Part shown: piece by piece, positions 42,902 through 57,612 of the stretch
Numbering within the stretch: position 1 is the first letter of the stretch
How the letters are laid out: each line of letters opens with the position of its first letter
Assembly: GCA_951406725.2 (NCBI GenBank)
Contig: OX597831.1
Coordinates: 5,146,001-5,210,000, forward strand
Direction: 5' to 3'
Source of the DNA: Octopus vulgaris
Lineage: Eukaryota
Length of the DNA stretch: 64,000 bases
Notes under the pieces: generated by a model
What the model was told of the DNA's origin: nothing
Seen by the model: the letters and a program-made list of their open reading frames with translations, nothing else
Databases searched by the model: none
Made by a program: the position numbers and the translations under genes

Positions 42902-43727
42902 TTACGCATGTATGGTCTTCCTAAGATTCACAAGGATGGTATTCCATTAAGACCTATAGTGAACTGTAGAGGTTCAGCATGTCATCCACTGAGCCGCTTC
43001 CTTGTGGATATAATCAGTCCATTAGCAGGAAAGTCAACATCGTACGTGAAGAATTCCACCCACTTCCCAGAATTGATCAAGGCTACCCCCATTGAATCCA
43101 ACCAGATGCTGAGTCTAGATGTGGTAAGTCTGTTCACCAAAGTCCCAACTGGTGAAGCACTATCGGTGATACAAGAAAAACTAGTGACAGACATCCATCT
43201 AAAAGAACGCACTAGTATACCAAAAAGAAACTTGATGGGAATGCTGACCTTCTGTGTAGAAGCTACCTACTTCAGAATGGACTCTGATATATATCAACAT
43301 GAAGAGGGTTTAGCTATGGGTTTGCCATTATCACCGGTAATAGCCAATATGTACATGGAATGCTTTGAGAATTTGGCTTTAGGATCAACACCACTAAAAC
43401 CAAGCCTATGTCTGCGATATGTTGATGAGACCTTCATACTCTGTCCCCACCAGGAAGATGTCCAAGTGCTGTTAAATCAGGTGAACGTAATAAAGCCATC
43501 CTACAGTTCGCAACGGAAAAGGAAAAAGACAATCAGCTGGCATTCCTGGACATATTAATAACACGCACCAAGTATGGATTCAGGACATCCGTATACCACA
43601 AGCCGACCTTCACTAGACAATCCCTCAACTTCAATTCCCACCATCCATACAGTGTAAAGAGAGGGATTGCTCAGTGCCTAAAACATCGAGCAAAGAATAT
43701 GAGTAGCGATCGTGATACCGACCATGA
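42902..43727 (+). pseudogene. Penelope-like element reverse transcriptase fragment, frameshifted near 43500; GIY-YIG domain absent
   Basis: MYGLPKIHK..PLRPIV, SLDVVSLFTKVP, GLAMGLPLSPVIANMYME, LRYVDETF, FLDILI, SVYHKPT, NFNSHHPYSVKRG are characteristic PLE RT motifs. Confidence 0.92.
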
Positions 43728-43884
43728 AGAAATTCTCATGAATTGCTCGGAATGTGGAATTGATGAAGGGTCGTTCTTTATGTTACTTGTCTTGTTTTCA
43801 ATTTGTTTCTTTCGTTGTTCGCATACCCAAGTTTGCCTTCGTATTTCATATTGTTTACGTTATGTGACGTCCTGTACCTATGTA

Positions 43885-43948
<64 letters not shown>

Positions 43949-44204
43949 TAAACAGTAAAAATAATTACAGACATGGACAAGAACATGAAACGCCACAGAG
44001 ACGACACAAGAACCACAGGACGGGACATTCGAAACATATATACATACATATACATGTAAGCATGTACACATATGTATGTATATATATATATATATATAAA
44101 TAGATAAATAGATATAATAATATATATACTATTACATGATTGAACGCAACGCATCCGTTCCCAAGTAAGTTTATCTTATACATATATATATATATATATA
44201 TACG

Positions 44205-44678
44205 TTTAAATATTTGTTGATGAGACCTTCATACTCTGTCCCCACCAGGAAGATGTCCAAGTGCTGTTAAATCAGGTGAACGTAATAAAGCCATCCTACA
44301 GTTCGCAACGGAAAAGGAAAAAGACAATCAGCTGGCATTCCTGGACATATTAATAACACGCACCAAGTATGGATTCAGGACATCCGTATACCACAAGCCG
44401 ACCTTAAATATTTGGTGAACAGACTTACCACATCTAGACTCAGCATCTGGTTGGATTCAATGGGGGTAGCCTTGATCAATTCTGGGAAGTGGGTGGAATT
44501 CTTCACGTACGATGTTGACTTTCCTGCTAATGGACTGATTATATCCACAAGGAAGCGGCTCAGTGGATGACATGCTGAACCTCTACAGTTCACTATAGGT
44601 CTTAATGGAATACCATCCTTGTGAATCTTATTTATATATATATAAATAGCGGTTCTATCTTACCTGTAATATTACAGG

Positions 44679-44734
<56 letters not shown>

Positions 44735-44798
44735 TATGATAAACTTACTTTGGAATGGATGCGTTGCGTTCAATCATATAATAGTATATAAATTGTTA

Positions 44799-44830
<32 letters not shown>

Positions 44831-45060
44831 CATCTAAGAGTATATATATATATACGCATGTATGTATATGATGGATTCTGTCGTCGTGAACGACAAATGA
44901 GGGGTCAGTAAAACAAAGCTTTAGTCATGTTCTGTGGGCAGGAATGTGTCTTTTGAGGCCTGTTGGTGCATTGAAATATTTGTTCTTGTCCATGTCTGTA
45001 ATTATTTTTACTGTTTACCTATATATATATATATACACACTCACACCCACATATATATAT
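44205..45060. repeat. Patchwork of local duplicates: 44213-44404 copies ~43420-43610, 44410-44628 is an inverted copy of ~42923-43139, ~44640-44977 copies ~45065-45400
   Basis: Near-exact identity read directly. Confidence 0.85.
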
Positions 45061-45101
45061 ATATATAAATAGTGGTTCTATCTTACCTGTAATATTACAG
45101 G

Positions 45102-45162
<61 letters not shown>

Positions 45163-45786
45163 AGATAAACTTACTTTGGAATGGATGCGTTGCGTTCAAT
45201 CATATAATAGTATATAAATTGTTATATCTATCTATCTATCTATCTATCTATCCATCTAAGAGTATATATATATATATACGCATGTATGTATATGATGGAT
45301 TCTGTCGTCGTGAACGACAAATGAGGGGTCAGTAAAACAAAGCTTTAGTCATGTTCTGTGGGCAGGAATGTGTCTTTTGAGGCCTGTTGGTGCATTGAAA
45401 ACCTTTTGGAAAATGGAACGAATTGAGGACTCAATTAGGTTGAGTGCTTGTCGATCATTTACTATTTGTTTTCTTGAAAAGCCTGCTTTGCTTCGTGCTA
45501 CAAAACCACAATGACAGATAAGGTTTCCATTTAGAAGACCATACACATGCACATGCACACACACACACACACACACAACATTCTCCCTCACAATTTCCTG
45601 CTAAATTCACCCACAAGATTTCGTCGACCTGGAGCTACAGTATAAGTTATTTGCCGAAATTTCCGAACAGTGGCACAGATCCTGAAACCACGTGGTTGCA
45701 AAATGAACTTCACAACCACCGAGCCATGCCAGAGCAGATTTTTACCATTTTTTCTCCTATTATTTACTCCTGGAGTGACTTTTCAT

Positions 45787-46355
45787 TCTTCTTCTTCTTC
45801 TTCTTCTTCTTCTTCTTCTTCTTCTTCTTCTTCTTCTTCTTCTTCTTCTTCTTCTTCTTCTTCTTCTTCTTCTTCCAATCAGGACTCACACCATTAGCCA
45901 CAAAGAATAATCTCTAATTCGAGCCTACACTAAGCTACTAAGAATGCGTGCGGCAACTTGAAGATCCACCCACCACACGCGATAGACTGTGGCGGTTGCA
46001 CAGACGCGAAAGCTACGGTGTTATCCTCATTCCGTAAACGGTGGATTTTAACGGATGATGAACTGAACCATTCTGGGGTACAAAGGATTTGCAATCTAGA
46101 CTAGGGTCTGAAAGTTTACCACACACCATAGTGGGTTACACCATGGTACCTCTCCTTTGTGGCAGAAGTAGGAAGAAAGAGTGAGAGAAAGTTGTGGTGA
46201 AAGAGTACAGCGGGGTGCACCACTCCACCCTCCGCCGGAACCTCGTGGAGCTTGTGTTTTTGCTCGATAAACACTCACATACCCGGTCTGGGAATCGAAA
46301 CTGCGTTCTTCCGACCGCGCGTCCGCTGCCCTAACCACTGGGCCACTGCGCCTCC
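45787..46355 (-). mobile_element. SINE family C head with a long unique tail ending in (GAA)n
   Basis: Head at 46355 matches 62874; tail ends TGTGAGTCCTGATTG(GAA)n. Confidence 0.75.
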
Positions 46356-46774
46356 AGTGTTGCTGTTGTTGTACTCACTGTGTTTGTTGTTGCTATTGTT
46401 GTTGTTGTTTTCGTAAATGTTGTTGCTGTTGTTGTTGTTGAAGAATTGTTGCTATGCCAATTTAACTTGTCCAAAGTCGCTGTTATATGTTTATATAAAA
46501 TAAAGTAACTTCGCAACATCTTCTTCCTGCTGCTTTACAGAATAATGGACGAAAATGGAGGGATTTGAAGTATAGAGAGAAAGAAAGAAAGAAAGCTGAA
46601 GAGAGACAGAGAGAAAGAGAGGGGGGAGGGAGAGAAAGAGAGAATGGTGGAAATGGTTGCGGGGAGGGAAAGGTAAGTAATACGAGTCGTAAGGAAAATA
46701 GCTTTTTAGATGATGCATATACTTAAATTGACTATTATACACGCATATATCTATATACATATATACACAAGCAA

Positions 46775-46809
<35 letters not shown>

Positions 46810-46861
46810 CATATATATATATACACACACATTTATGTATATATATATATATGTATGTATA

Positions 46862-46939
<78 letters not shown>

Positions 46940-47466
46940 AATTTATTTATATATATATAAAACATGCACAGTACTATACATTATATGTACTTCCATAAAA
47001 TAAATATTAAATGACATCTGCGTAAGATTTTGTCTAGGAATAGGGGCTTGTACACACGTGTGAGTGTGTGGGTGTGTGTGTATGTTTGAGCGAATGTGTG
47101 TGTGGTGTGTGTTTGAGAGAGAGAGAGAGGAAAAAGAAAGAGAAAGTATAGATGCCACAAATCGAATATCTGTGCGTGTATATATATATATATATATATA
47201 TATACATACACAAATATATACACATACATAAATAAATATGTGGGTGTGTGTGTCCATAAATATATGTACCCATCTCTCTCCCTTTATATATATGTGTGTG
47301 TGTATGTGTGTCTGTGTGTGTGTATGTATGTATGTAAGTATTATGTATGTAATGTATATATGTATGCATGAATGTATGTAAGGGTACAAGATTCCGAATA
47401 TTAATTCTGTGTATATGCTTGTGTGTGCACACACGTATATGCGTGCAAGCCTGTGTGGGACCCTTT

Positions 47467-47542
<76 letters not shown>

Positions 47543-48279
47543 TGTATTATATCTTACATGTTATGTAGGAAATCATGAGAAAATCGTAAAATCGTTTAGA
47601 ATCCTAAGTAATATTATTATTAATCTTTTATGGGTGTTTTTATGACTGAGCTATTTACAATTTCTGAAATCGCTAGGCATGCATTATAGCTTTATTTTCT
47701 GTAATAGACATCAATAGTAGATGTGCGTTATTCTTGTTGTTGGTGGTGGTGTTGTTGTGGCTTGTTAAACATGAATGTCAGGTTGTAGAGTGAGAAAGAA
47801 GTTTGGTGCGGTTTTATGGCTCGTAATTGCAAAGAGAAAGATGGCGCACCTATCTCAATAACTTTGATTGAAAGACACTATTGACGAGAAACTCGTCTTA
47901 ATGTATAGCTATATTGTAATCATATAGATATTTGGGGCTTTTACATACATTTCTGTATAGCAGTCCACACACACACACACACACACACAAACATATATAT
48001 ATATATATATACATATATGTATATATATATATACACATACATATATATATATATGTATGTACGAATGTATGCATATATATATATATATATATATACACAC
48101 GTGTATGTGTGTAGCTATATTGTAATCATATAGATATTTATGTATTTACATATATTTTTGTATATTTATCTCTATTTAACCATCTGTATATATTCCTGTA
48201 TATTTGTGTATGGGCATGTCAGTATGTGTGCACATATGTGTATACGTATTTTAGGTGAACCTGTGTGTGTGTATGCATG

Positions 48280-48314
<35 letters not shown>

Positions 48315-48817
48315 GTATCTATGTATGTATGTGTGTATGTGTATATAATCCTACATACATATACATAGGTGCGAATTGTTTATTGAAATCTTATCCTTTT
48401 TCTCGCGAATCCGGTATCTTGCTACCGCGATCATCAGGCGAGAACTTTTGTTGATCGAACCATGATGATCGCACTGATTGTAAATAGAAGACAACTTCTA
48501 TACATACTACATGATTTATTCAGTAGTCTTTTCCACTTTTGTTGATACAGTGTAATATTTGAATGTATGTGTCTTTTAGAAAACCACTGCAATATCACTA
48601 AGGGCACAAATAATGGGCAGAATACAGTTGGTTGATCCGGGGTTTTTTTCTGCTTGATAACCCTTATTTTTACAATTGAATCATCTATTAAAATAATCAC
48701 GGGCAACACTCATTGCATTGGTACAAATATACCTTTTTATTCTGGATAGAAAAGTTGCAAAAGTAGTGATCTCAAAATGTCTAGTTTCTCGATAATATTT
48801 AATGAAATGAAATGGAA

Positions 48818-49395
48818 GGCGGCGAGCTGGCAGAAACGTTAGCACGCCGGGCGAAATGCTAAACCGTATCTCGTCTGCTGCTACGTTCTGAGTTCAAATT
48901 CCGCCGAGGTCGACTTTGCCTTTCATCCTTTCAGGGTCGAGTAAATAAGTACTAGTTACACGCTGGGTTCGATATAATCGATTCCGTTTGTCTGTCCTTG
49001 TTTGTCCCGTCTGTGTGTAGCCCCATGTGGACAGTAAAGAAATAGGTATTTCGTCTGTCTTTACGTTCTGAGTTCAAGTTCCGCCGAGGTCGACTTTGCC
49101 TTTCATTCTTTCGGGGTCGATTAAATAAGTACCAGTTACGCACTGGGGTCGATATAATCGATTCCGTTTGTCTGTCCTTGTTTGTCCCGCCTGTGTGTAG
49201 CCCCATGTGGACAGTAAAGAAATAGGCATTTCGTCTGTCTTTACGTTCTGAGTTCAAATTCCGCCTAGGTCGACTTTGCCTTTCATCCTTTCGGGGTCGA
49301 TAAATTAAGCACCAGTTGCGTACTGGGGGGTATATCTAGTCAACTGGCCCCTCTCCCAAAATTTGGGGCTTTGTACATAGAGTAGAAAAGACTAT
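48818..49395 (+). mobile_element. SINE B array: head, two B2-tailed units, final B1-tailed unit
   Basis: Junctions AAAGAAATA|GGTATTTCGTCTG; last unit ends GGCCCCTCTCCCAAAATTT...TAGAAAAG. Confidence 0.88.
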
Positions 49396-50645
49396 TCAAT
49401 GAAATGGCTACGGTCATTTAATCTCTGACCTTTCCATAGCTCTGGTGTTTCAGTCATCCGATCTTAACAGGCCTATCTTTTATTTTATTTTTAAATCCAG
49501 TGAATGTTTTGATGGAGATCAATTTGCAACACCAACCAATATTCCTGAGGCTAGAATGTATGAATATATTGAGTATCAGAAATATTTATATAATTAAACA
49601 GAGCAGATCCGCTTGTAGATGGCATTGCACATAGTTTCAGTAACAACGTAATGCAATAGAAGCATACAAATATCTTTATGACAGGCTGTTAATCACCTGA
49701 GTAACATTTGCATAGCATCTTCCACAATACTTTCTGTCATTTAAATGATTCAATGTCTCCTTTGTTCAACAGGTATTTTCGTCTGTGAGTAGGAGTGTGT
49801 GTGAGAGAGAGAGAGCGTACAAGAAGTGACGTGCAACAAAAAATGAGTAACTTATCAATCGATAGAGATGTTGAATAATCTAAAATATCTATCAACTAAA
49901 GAATTCTTACTCGGAGTTCGAAATTGGGACTATATCCGAGTAATCAACATGAATTATGTTAACATGCTAATCGCGTGAAAAAATGAAGGGTTAGTGTTAG
50001 GGTTTTGCACTGGTTCTGTGTTTGAAAATATAGACTGTTTCTTAGAAACCTTATCTTAACTGATGCTGCAAGGGCAACTAAAATGGCGGATTATTTTGCA
50101 CATTATTACTGTTGGACTAGGAGGACATTATTACTGTATTACTAGCAGGACAGGGATCGTGTTAGGATATAACCACGCCTTAAAATTCTGAGAGTGTGGT
50201 TACATACCTATAAACAGCATCTTAGTCTTTTACTTGCACAGTATAATAAGATAAGTTGATGTAAGTACACATTTTGTCATCTTTTTTGTTCTCCCTCATC
50301 CCTCTCGCCATCGCTCACGCTCTCCATCTCCCGACGCTCTTTTCACAAAACTTGTTCCGTATCCTATAGTGGAGAGCAACTGTTTGTCATCGCGTAGTTT
50401 GCACCTCTGGCTTGAGTTGCCTCTGTTCATGTATTGGCCGGGTTTTGTCGTTTATAATGTGCCATTTTAGATTGTGTAGTAGTGCGGAAGTTAGACAAGG
50501 GACCATACTGTTGCTTTAGCTCAAAAAGCTGTTGGAGTGTTGATAGATAGTGTTTCGTGGTTGGCGTGAAGTTTGTGATATATAAGTGTGTAAGCGCGCT
50601 TATGTGTGTGTGTGAGTATATGTTTTTACACATATATATGTGTGT

Positions 50646-50970
50646 GGCACTCCGTCGGTTACGACAACGAACAGCCTGCTCGTGAAATTAACGTGCAAGT
50701 GGCTGAGAACTCCACAGACACGTGTACCCTCAACGTAGTTCTCAGGGAGATTCAACGTGACACAGAGTGTGACAAGGCTGGTCCTTTGAAATACAGGTAA
50801 GAATGTATGGTGAAAGAATACAGTAGGGTTCGCCACCTACCCTACCGGAGCCTCATGGAGCTTTTAGGTGTTTTCGCCCAATAGACACTCACAACGCCCG
50901 GTCTGGGAATCGAGACAGCGATCCTACGACCGTTGGTCCGCTGCACTAATCACAGGACCATTGCTCCTCC
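50646..50970 (-). mobile_element. SINE family C, same tail as 62874-63260
   Basis: CTTGTCACACTCTGTGTCAC...CACTTGCACGTTAATTTCACGAGCAGGCTGTTC on the minus strand. Confidence 0.82.
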
Positions 50971-51087
50971 ACTACACACACACATATATATACTTATATA
51001 TGTATATGTATGTATGTATGTATATATAATTACATACACATAAATATATAAACACGTCACGTGATCCTGACTGATAATGACGAAGTT

Positions 51088-51960
<873 letters not shown>

Positions 51961-52364
51961 CGTGGAAGTCGCCTATTCATCGTCTAATAGGCGATCGGAC
52001 AGAGACGCCGTAAACTAGCTGGCTTCTATCTGGCATCTCAGTTTTTCAAGCTGTCTCCGTTGTTATTCATTGAATAAGGAAGAAGATTAATGGCGTTTGT
52101 CGTATTACCCAGAGTTCAATGCGATACTCACAAACAAGCGGAGTACAATAAAGAAATGGCAAACGAGTTTTAGTAGGAATGAATAACGGCCGAATGAAAA
52201 GGAAAATGAGAATGGTGGGAAGAAGAGAAAGAAGGGCGAAAGAGAAAAAAGACGAAGTTTTTACAATGAAAATGAAGGGAAAGGGAAAAAATATATATAT
52301 ATTAATGTTAATGGGTGTCCTTGAATGAGGAAGGAAAAATAAAGGAAAGGAAAACGAATGGAAT

Positions 52365-52880
52365 TCAGAAAGAAAAATAAAGAAGAAGGAAGGACAAAGA
52401 AAAAGGAGGAAAAAGAAAGAAGAGAGAAAGAGAAAAATAAAGAAAAAGAAAGGAAGAAAGAAAAGGAAAGACAAAGAAAAAGGAGGAAAAAGAAAGAAGA
52501 GAGAAAGAGAAAAAGAAAGAAAAAGAAAGGAAGAAAGAAAAGGAAGGAAAAGAGAGTGAAAAGAAAGAAGAGAGAAAGAGAAAAAGAAAGAAAAAGAAAG
52601 GAAGAAAGAAAAGGAAGGACAAAGAAAAAGGAGGAAAAAGAAAGAAGAGAGAAAGAGAAAAATAAAGAAAAAGAAAGGAAGAAAGAAAAGGAAGGAAGGA
52701 AAAGAGAGTGAAAAGAAAGAAAGAAAGAAAGAAAGAAAGAGAAAAAGAAAAAAGAAAGAAACAAAGATAGAGAAAGAAAGAAAGAATGGGGGGGAAAAGA
52801 AAAAAAGAAAGAGACATAGGAGGAAAGACAAAGAAAGATAGAAAAAAAGAAAGACAGAAAAGAAAGGCAGAAAAAGAAGA
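52365..52880. repeat. Polypurine tract with higher-order repeats
   Basis: Recurrent GGACAAAGAAAAAGGAGGAAAAAGAAAGAAGAGAGAAAGAG. Confidence 0.9.
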
Positions 52881-53093
52881 CAAGAACAAAACAGCTCACA
52901 AATGAATCAGAGAATGAAATAAAGTAAAGAAAAATGAAAGAATGGCGAGCAAGGATCAGAGTCGAAAAAGTGTGTTTGGAGCGGCACCCAAATGAAAGCT
53001 GATGATAATGATGATGGACCCTATAAATATATATATATATGTATATATATATATTTGTGAAGCGTATTTCAAAACCATGCAACCATGCCTACG

Positions 53094-53143
<50 letters not shown>

Positions 53144-53394
53144 CGTGTGTGTGTGTATGACTCTGCCTTTTGTGTGTGCGGTTCACTTTCAGTAAATTGA
53201 CAGGACACAAGTTAAACCATAAAACATAAACTATAAAATATATCGCCATGGCCACCCCCCGCCAACACACCCTCCCTCACTCCACCCCCATCAGCCCCTG
53301 TAGTCTTCTATCTGTACGACCAGATATATAATCTGTTAATCAGTTAATCCTATAAACCCTTCTGCCAGACGTCTTCTGAAAGACGATCGTCCGT

Positions 53395-53835
53395 CGAGTG
53401 AAAGTAGTTCCGATGTTAGAGATAGCGGAAGTTTATTATTATCTCTGTCGAGAGAAAGTAGTTCCGAGGTAAGATATAGCGGAAGTTAATATTGACACTG
53501 CAGAGAGAAAATAATTCTGAGGTAAGAGATAGCGGAAGTTTATTGTCAGCGTCCAGAGAAAGTAGTTCTGGGGTAAAAGATAGCAGAAACTTAATATTGT
53601 CACATTACAGAGAAAGCAGTTCCGATGCAAGAGAGTGCGGAAGATTATTACCGTCACGGTTGACAGAAAGTAGTTCTGAGGTAAGAAATAGCAGAAGTTT
53701 ATTATTGTCACTGTCGTAAGAAGGTGGTTTTCAGTAAGAGACTGTAGGAGTGAGAAAAAGTAGTTCCGATTCAAGAGATAGCGGAGGTTTACTTACGTCA
53801 GTGTACAGAGAAAGTAGTTCCAATGCAAATGACAG
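53395..53835. repeat. Diverged minisatellite, ~7-8 units of ~55-60 bp
   Basis: Unit approximates AGAAAGTAGTTCCGAGGTAAGAGATAGCGGAAGTTTATTATTGTCACTGT. Confidence 0.85.
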
Positions 53836-53859
53836 TGTTGGAGATTTTTTTTATTTTTG

Positions 53860-54610
53860 TATTCCTTTACTGGTTTCAGTCATTTTTACTGTGGCCATGC
53901 TGGAGCACCGCCTTTTATTCTTTGTAAGCCTGGTATTTGTTCTATCGTTCTCTGTTGCCGAACCACTAAGTTCCGGGGACATAAACACACCAACATCGGT
54001 TGTCAAGCGACGGTGGAGGGACAAACACAAGCACAAACACACAAATACATCCATACATATACGACGGGCTTCTTTCAGTTTTCGTCTGCCAAATCCACTC
54101 ACAAGGCTTTGGTCGGCGCGAGGCTATAGTGGAAGACCCTTGCCCAAGGTGCCACAAAGTGGGACTGAACCCAGAAGCATGTGGCTGGGAAGCAAGCTTC
54201 TTACCACACAGCCACGCCTGATGATTAGTTTGTTGAAAAAAAAGCAGTGTGTTGGTAGAATGGTTAGCTCGCCAGACAAAATGTTTAGCGGTATTTCGTC
54301 TGCCGTTACGTTCTGAGTTGAAATTCCGCCGAGGTCGACTTTGCATTTCATCCTTTCGGGGTCGGTTAAATAAGTACCAGTTACGCACTGGTGTCGATAT
54401 AATCGACTTAATCCGTTTGTCTGTCCTTGTTTGTCCCCTCTGTGTTTAGCCCCTTGTGAGTAGTAAAGAAATAGGTATTTCGCCTGTACTTTATGCTTTA
54501 AGTTCAAATTCCGCTGAGGTCGACTTTGCTTTTCATCTTTTGAACTCTGAGATCGATACAATTGACTAAACTTCTCCAAAATTTTAGGGCTTATGTCTAA
54601 AGTTGAAAGG
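53860..54610. mobile_element. SINE A (53860-54220, -) and SINE B dimer (54255-54610, +; B2 unit then B1 unit)
   Basis: Family motifs as in the other copies. Confidence 0.82.
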
Positions 54611-55169
54611 ATTATTACATTGAAAAATGTTAAAGAGGAGAAAGAAAACAGCCTGGAACATCTGATGTTATTCTTCAAGCTTAATGTACTGTTTGAATTT
54701 TTGTACAGTGTTTGAATTTTTGTACAGTGTTTGAATGTATTCGATGAAGTTGCTAGCGAAATTGAAGTCCTTCATCATTCCTTATAAACTTTCGTACAAA
54801 ATACAGACAAGCTATTTTGAAGTTGTAGCAAATATGACGCTGATTATTGAAGATATTTCTCAAGCAGCTGTCTAATTTTAAATATATGTTCGGATATTTT
54901 ATTTCCTTGTATCCGAATTTTGCTAGTTAAGGTTGTGTCAATGCTTTTTTTTTTATGTTCCTTACATGAAACATAAAACCTCTAAAGTAAAAACTAAAAT
55001 ACAAATGGAGTACATGTACCGTAACCTTTCATCGTACGTGTTACGTCACACGTCCGCCATTTATATGTTATCTTTTACGATACAGTTGTTAAGTTTTATG
55101 TAAGGTATAAAAATTAAGTACATAAACAGAATTAATTGGGAGGAAAAGAAACTGCCACAGAAAAACTGG

Positions 55170-55400
55170 CAGCAACCCCTTATTAGAAGCGTGGTGGGAT
55201 AGCTGATCATACTAACAGTCCGGTAATTCTGGCGTTTCTTGAAAGGAAGATTCACTAAGGATTGAATCCGATCTTTTAGCCCACAGCTTTGTTGAGCATC
55301 AGTGACTTGAACTGTTTATCTCGTTGCTCACTTCTAGTGTCTCTAACTTCATAATTGTTATTGGTGATATTGTCCAGAACGCTGGTATTGTCCAGAACGA
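55170..55400 (-). pseudogene. Small degenerate RTE-type RT fragment
   Basis: LPFKKRQNYRTVSMISYPT resembles the LINE motif NYRTISLISHP. Confidence 0.45.
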
Positions 55401-55645
55401 GAACCGTCTGCTACGGCCGCCAGAACAATCAGATCACGTGATTTAGCCCTGTTGTGGGGCTCCTCGGTAACAAACATCCAGTAGCGACATGACAGCCAAA
55501 TCTCCCGTCAGCGTTATATATATAATATCAGTGTCTATTCAAGCTGCGAAGTCGCAAATTTCCAGTGGTCTTATTAAAGATACGAATGCTTCTATGAACC
55601 ACGAGTCCATACGAGAGGACCTCTCAAGCTAAATAATGCAGTGTT

Positions 55646-55693
<48 letters not shown>

Positions 55694-55904
55694 ACACACA
55701 CACACACATACACACACACATGTATACATTTATACGTACACATATACGCATATACACATAAGCATATACACATAGGCGTAGGAGTGGCTGTGTGGTAAGT
55801 AGCTTGCTTACGAGACACATGGTTCCGAGTTCAATCCCACTGCGTGGCACCTTGGGCAAATATCTTCTTCTATAGCCTCGGGCCGACCAAAGCCTTGTGA
55901 GAAC

Positions 55905-56200
55905 GATCTTTCTGGGATTGTAATCAATGTTCTGTTTAACTTGCTGTATAAATCCAGGTGTTCTGATGATTTCAGAGCGTTTAGAATGCTTTTTATGCTT
56001 TGATAGTGGTGATACGTTCCCAGCTTCAATCGCTAGCTCTTTACAAACTTTGTAGACCTGGCAACTTTTAAAAATCAAGATATTTCTAAATCACTACGCT
56101 CAGCTTTTATAACAACAATAGCAGTATTCCCCTTCATTTCTGGAGTAAGCTCAGGGTCTGCCAAAAAATAAAACATGTTATGTCCTCAAATACCTTATAT
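55905..56200 (-). mobile_element. Tc1/mariner transposase N-terminal (HTH) fragment
   Basis: SDLEIS*FLKVARS..YKVCKEL...KHSKRSEIIRTPGFIQQVKQNIDYNPRK; abuts a truncated SINE A at 55774-55900. Confidence 0.55.
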
Positions 56201-56225
56201 ATATATAGCCTGTATATATATTTAG

Positions 56226-56273
<48 letters not shown>

Positions 56274-56277
<4 letters not shown>

Positions 56278-56384
56278 GAAAGAATGGAGTCGAACGACGA
56301 TTTAACAAAATTCCTTTATTCTCGACATATGTCGAGAATAAAGGAATTTTGTTAAATCGTCGTTCGACTGCATTCTTTCATTTA
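56274..56384. repeat. Near-perfect ~110-bp palindrome next to (TA)n
   Basis: AAATGAAAGAATG.AGTCGAACGACG...CGACATATGTCG...CGTCGTTCGACT.CATTCTTTCATTT. Confidence 0.9.
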
Positions 56385-56532
56385 ATTATAGTAAAAAAAA
56401 CACACAAATTTCCACACGAAAGCACGTGATCTCTGCCCTTGGCATGTAGCTTCAACCGTGTTTTCTGACGTTAATTTGCTACCCGGGTATCGGTTAACCG
56501 AATTATCCATAATAGGATAATTCATTCAACTA

Positions 56533-56625
<93 letters not shown>

Positions 56626-56626
<1 letters not shown>

Positions 56627-56865
56627 TTGCCTTCGAAGAGCGGAGTAGATGAAACAGGAACAGCTGATGAAGGGGAATATTCTTTATGTTGCATGTCTCG
56701 TTTCTCTGGCTGTTTTTTCGTTGTTTTATGTTTTCGTTTCTCATTATGTTTGACGTTGTTTTTATATCCTGTACCCATATGTGCTTATCTATATATAGAT
56801 ATATATATAGGTATGTACATATATGTATTTATATATGCATAATATTTATATATTATTTATATTTC

Positions 56866-56903
<38 letters not shown>

Positions 56904-57195
56904 ACAATTTAATAAATAAAACATATGCATACATACATACATATATGTACATACCTACATCTATATGTATATATACATGCATATATGAATACAGGAAACC
57001 ACAAATAAACGTAGACCACAACGAGAAACGAAAACATAAAATCAAAGTACAAGACAAACAATACAAGGAACTTCCTTGTATTGTTTGTCTTGTACTCTGA
57101 TTTTTCGTCGTTAAAAAAAAAGTCCGTTTCCTTGTTTGATTTTATGTTTTCGTTTCTCGTTGTGTTCTACGTTTATTTGTGGTGTCCTTGTACTC

Positions 57196-57226
<31 letters not shown>

Positions 57227-57345
57227 GATGTAGGTATGTACATACATGTATGTATGTATGTATGCATATGTTTTTATTTATTAAATTGTTATATGATTGA
57301 ACGCTCGCGTCGATTCCTTTTTCTTCTTCTTCCAAGTAAGTTTTA
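56626..57345. mobile_element. Cluster of TA-flanked Penelope-type terminal fragments, including an inverted pair (56900-57070 / 57075-57292)
   Basis: Homologous to 61250-61500 and loosely to 43755-43885, the segment following the PLE RT. Confidence 0.6.
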
Positions 57346-57612
57346 TATATATACATATATATATATATAGTAAAATAAGTATTCAGATAGAATCAGGTAC
57401 TTGAAAAGATATGTACCTGGTAGAGTTGGCTAAACTTGTGGCTCCGCTAAGTATCAAATAGAATATTCTGATTGTGCACACAGAGAGAAATACAACCCAG
57501 TGAGTATTTAGCACCCAAGAGCTGATCCAAAGCACCACGTGTTGCGTTGAACTGTACGCTGTTGGTATACTCTAGGGTGTCCGACAAGTCGTAAATCCCT
57601 TTGATGTATTAT

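Noticed and set aside
53395-53835. CRISPR-like repeat-spacer pattern
   Set aside because: Repeats are diverged and the linkers are related to each other; it is a minisatellite.
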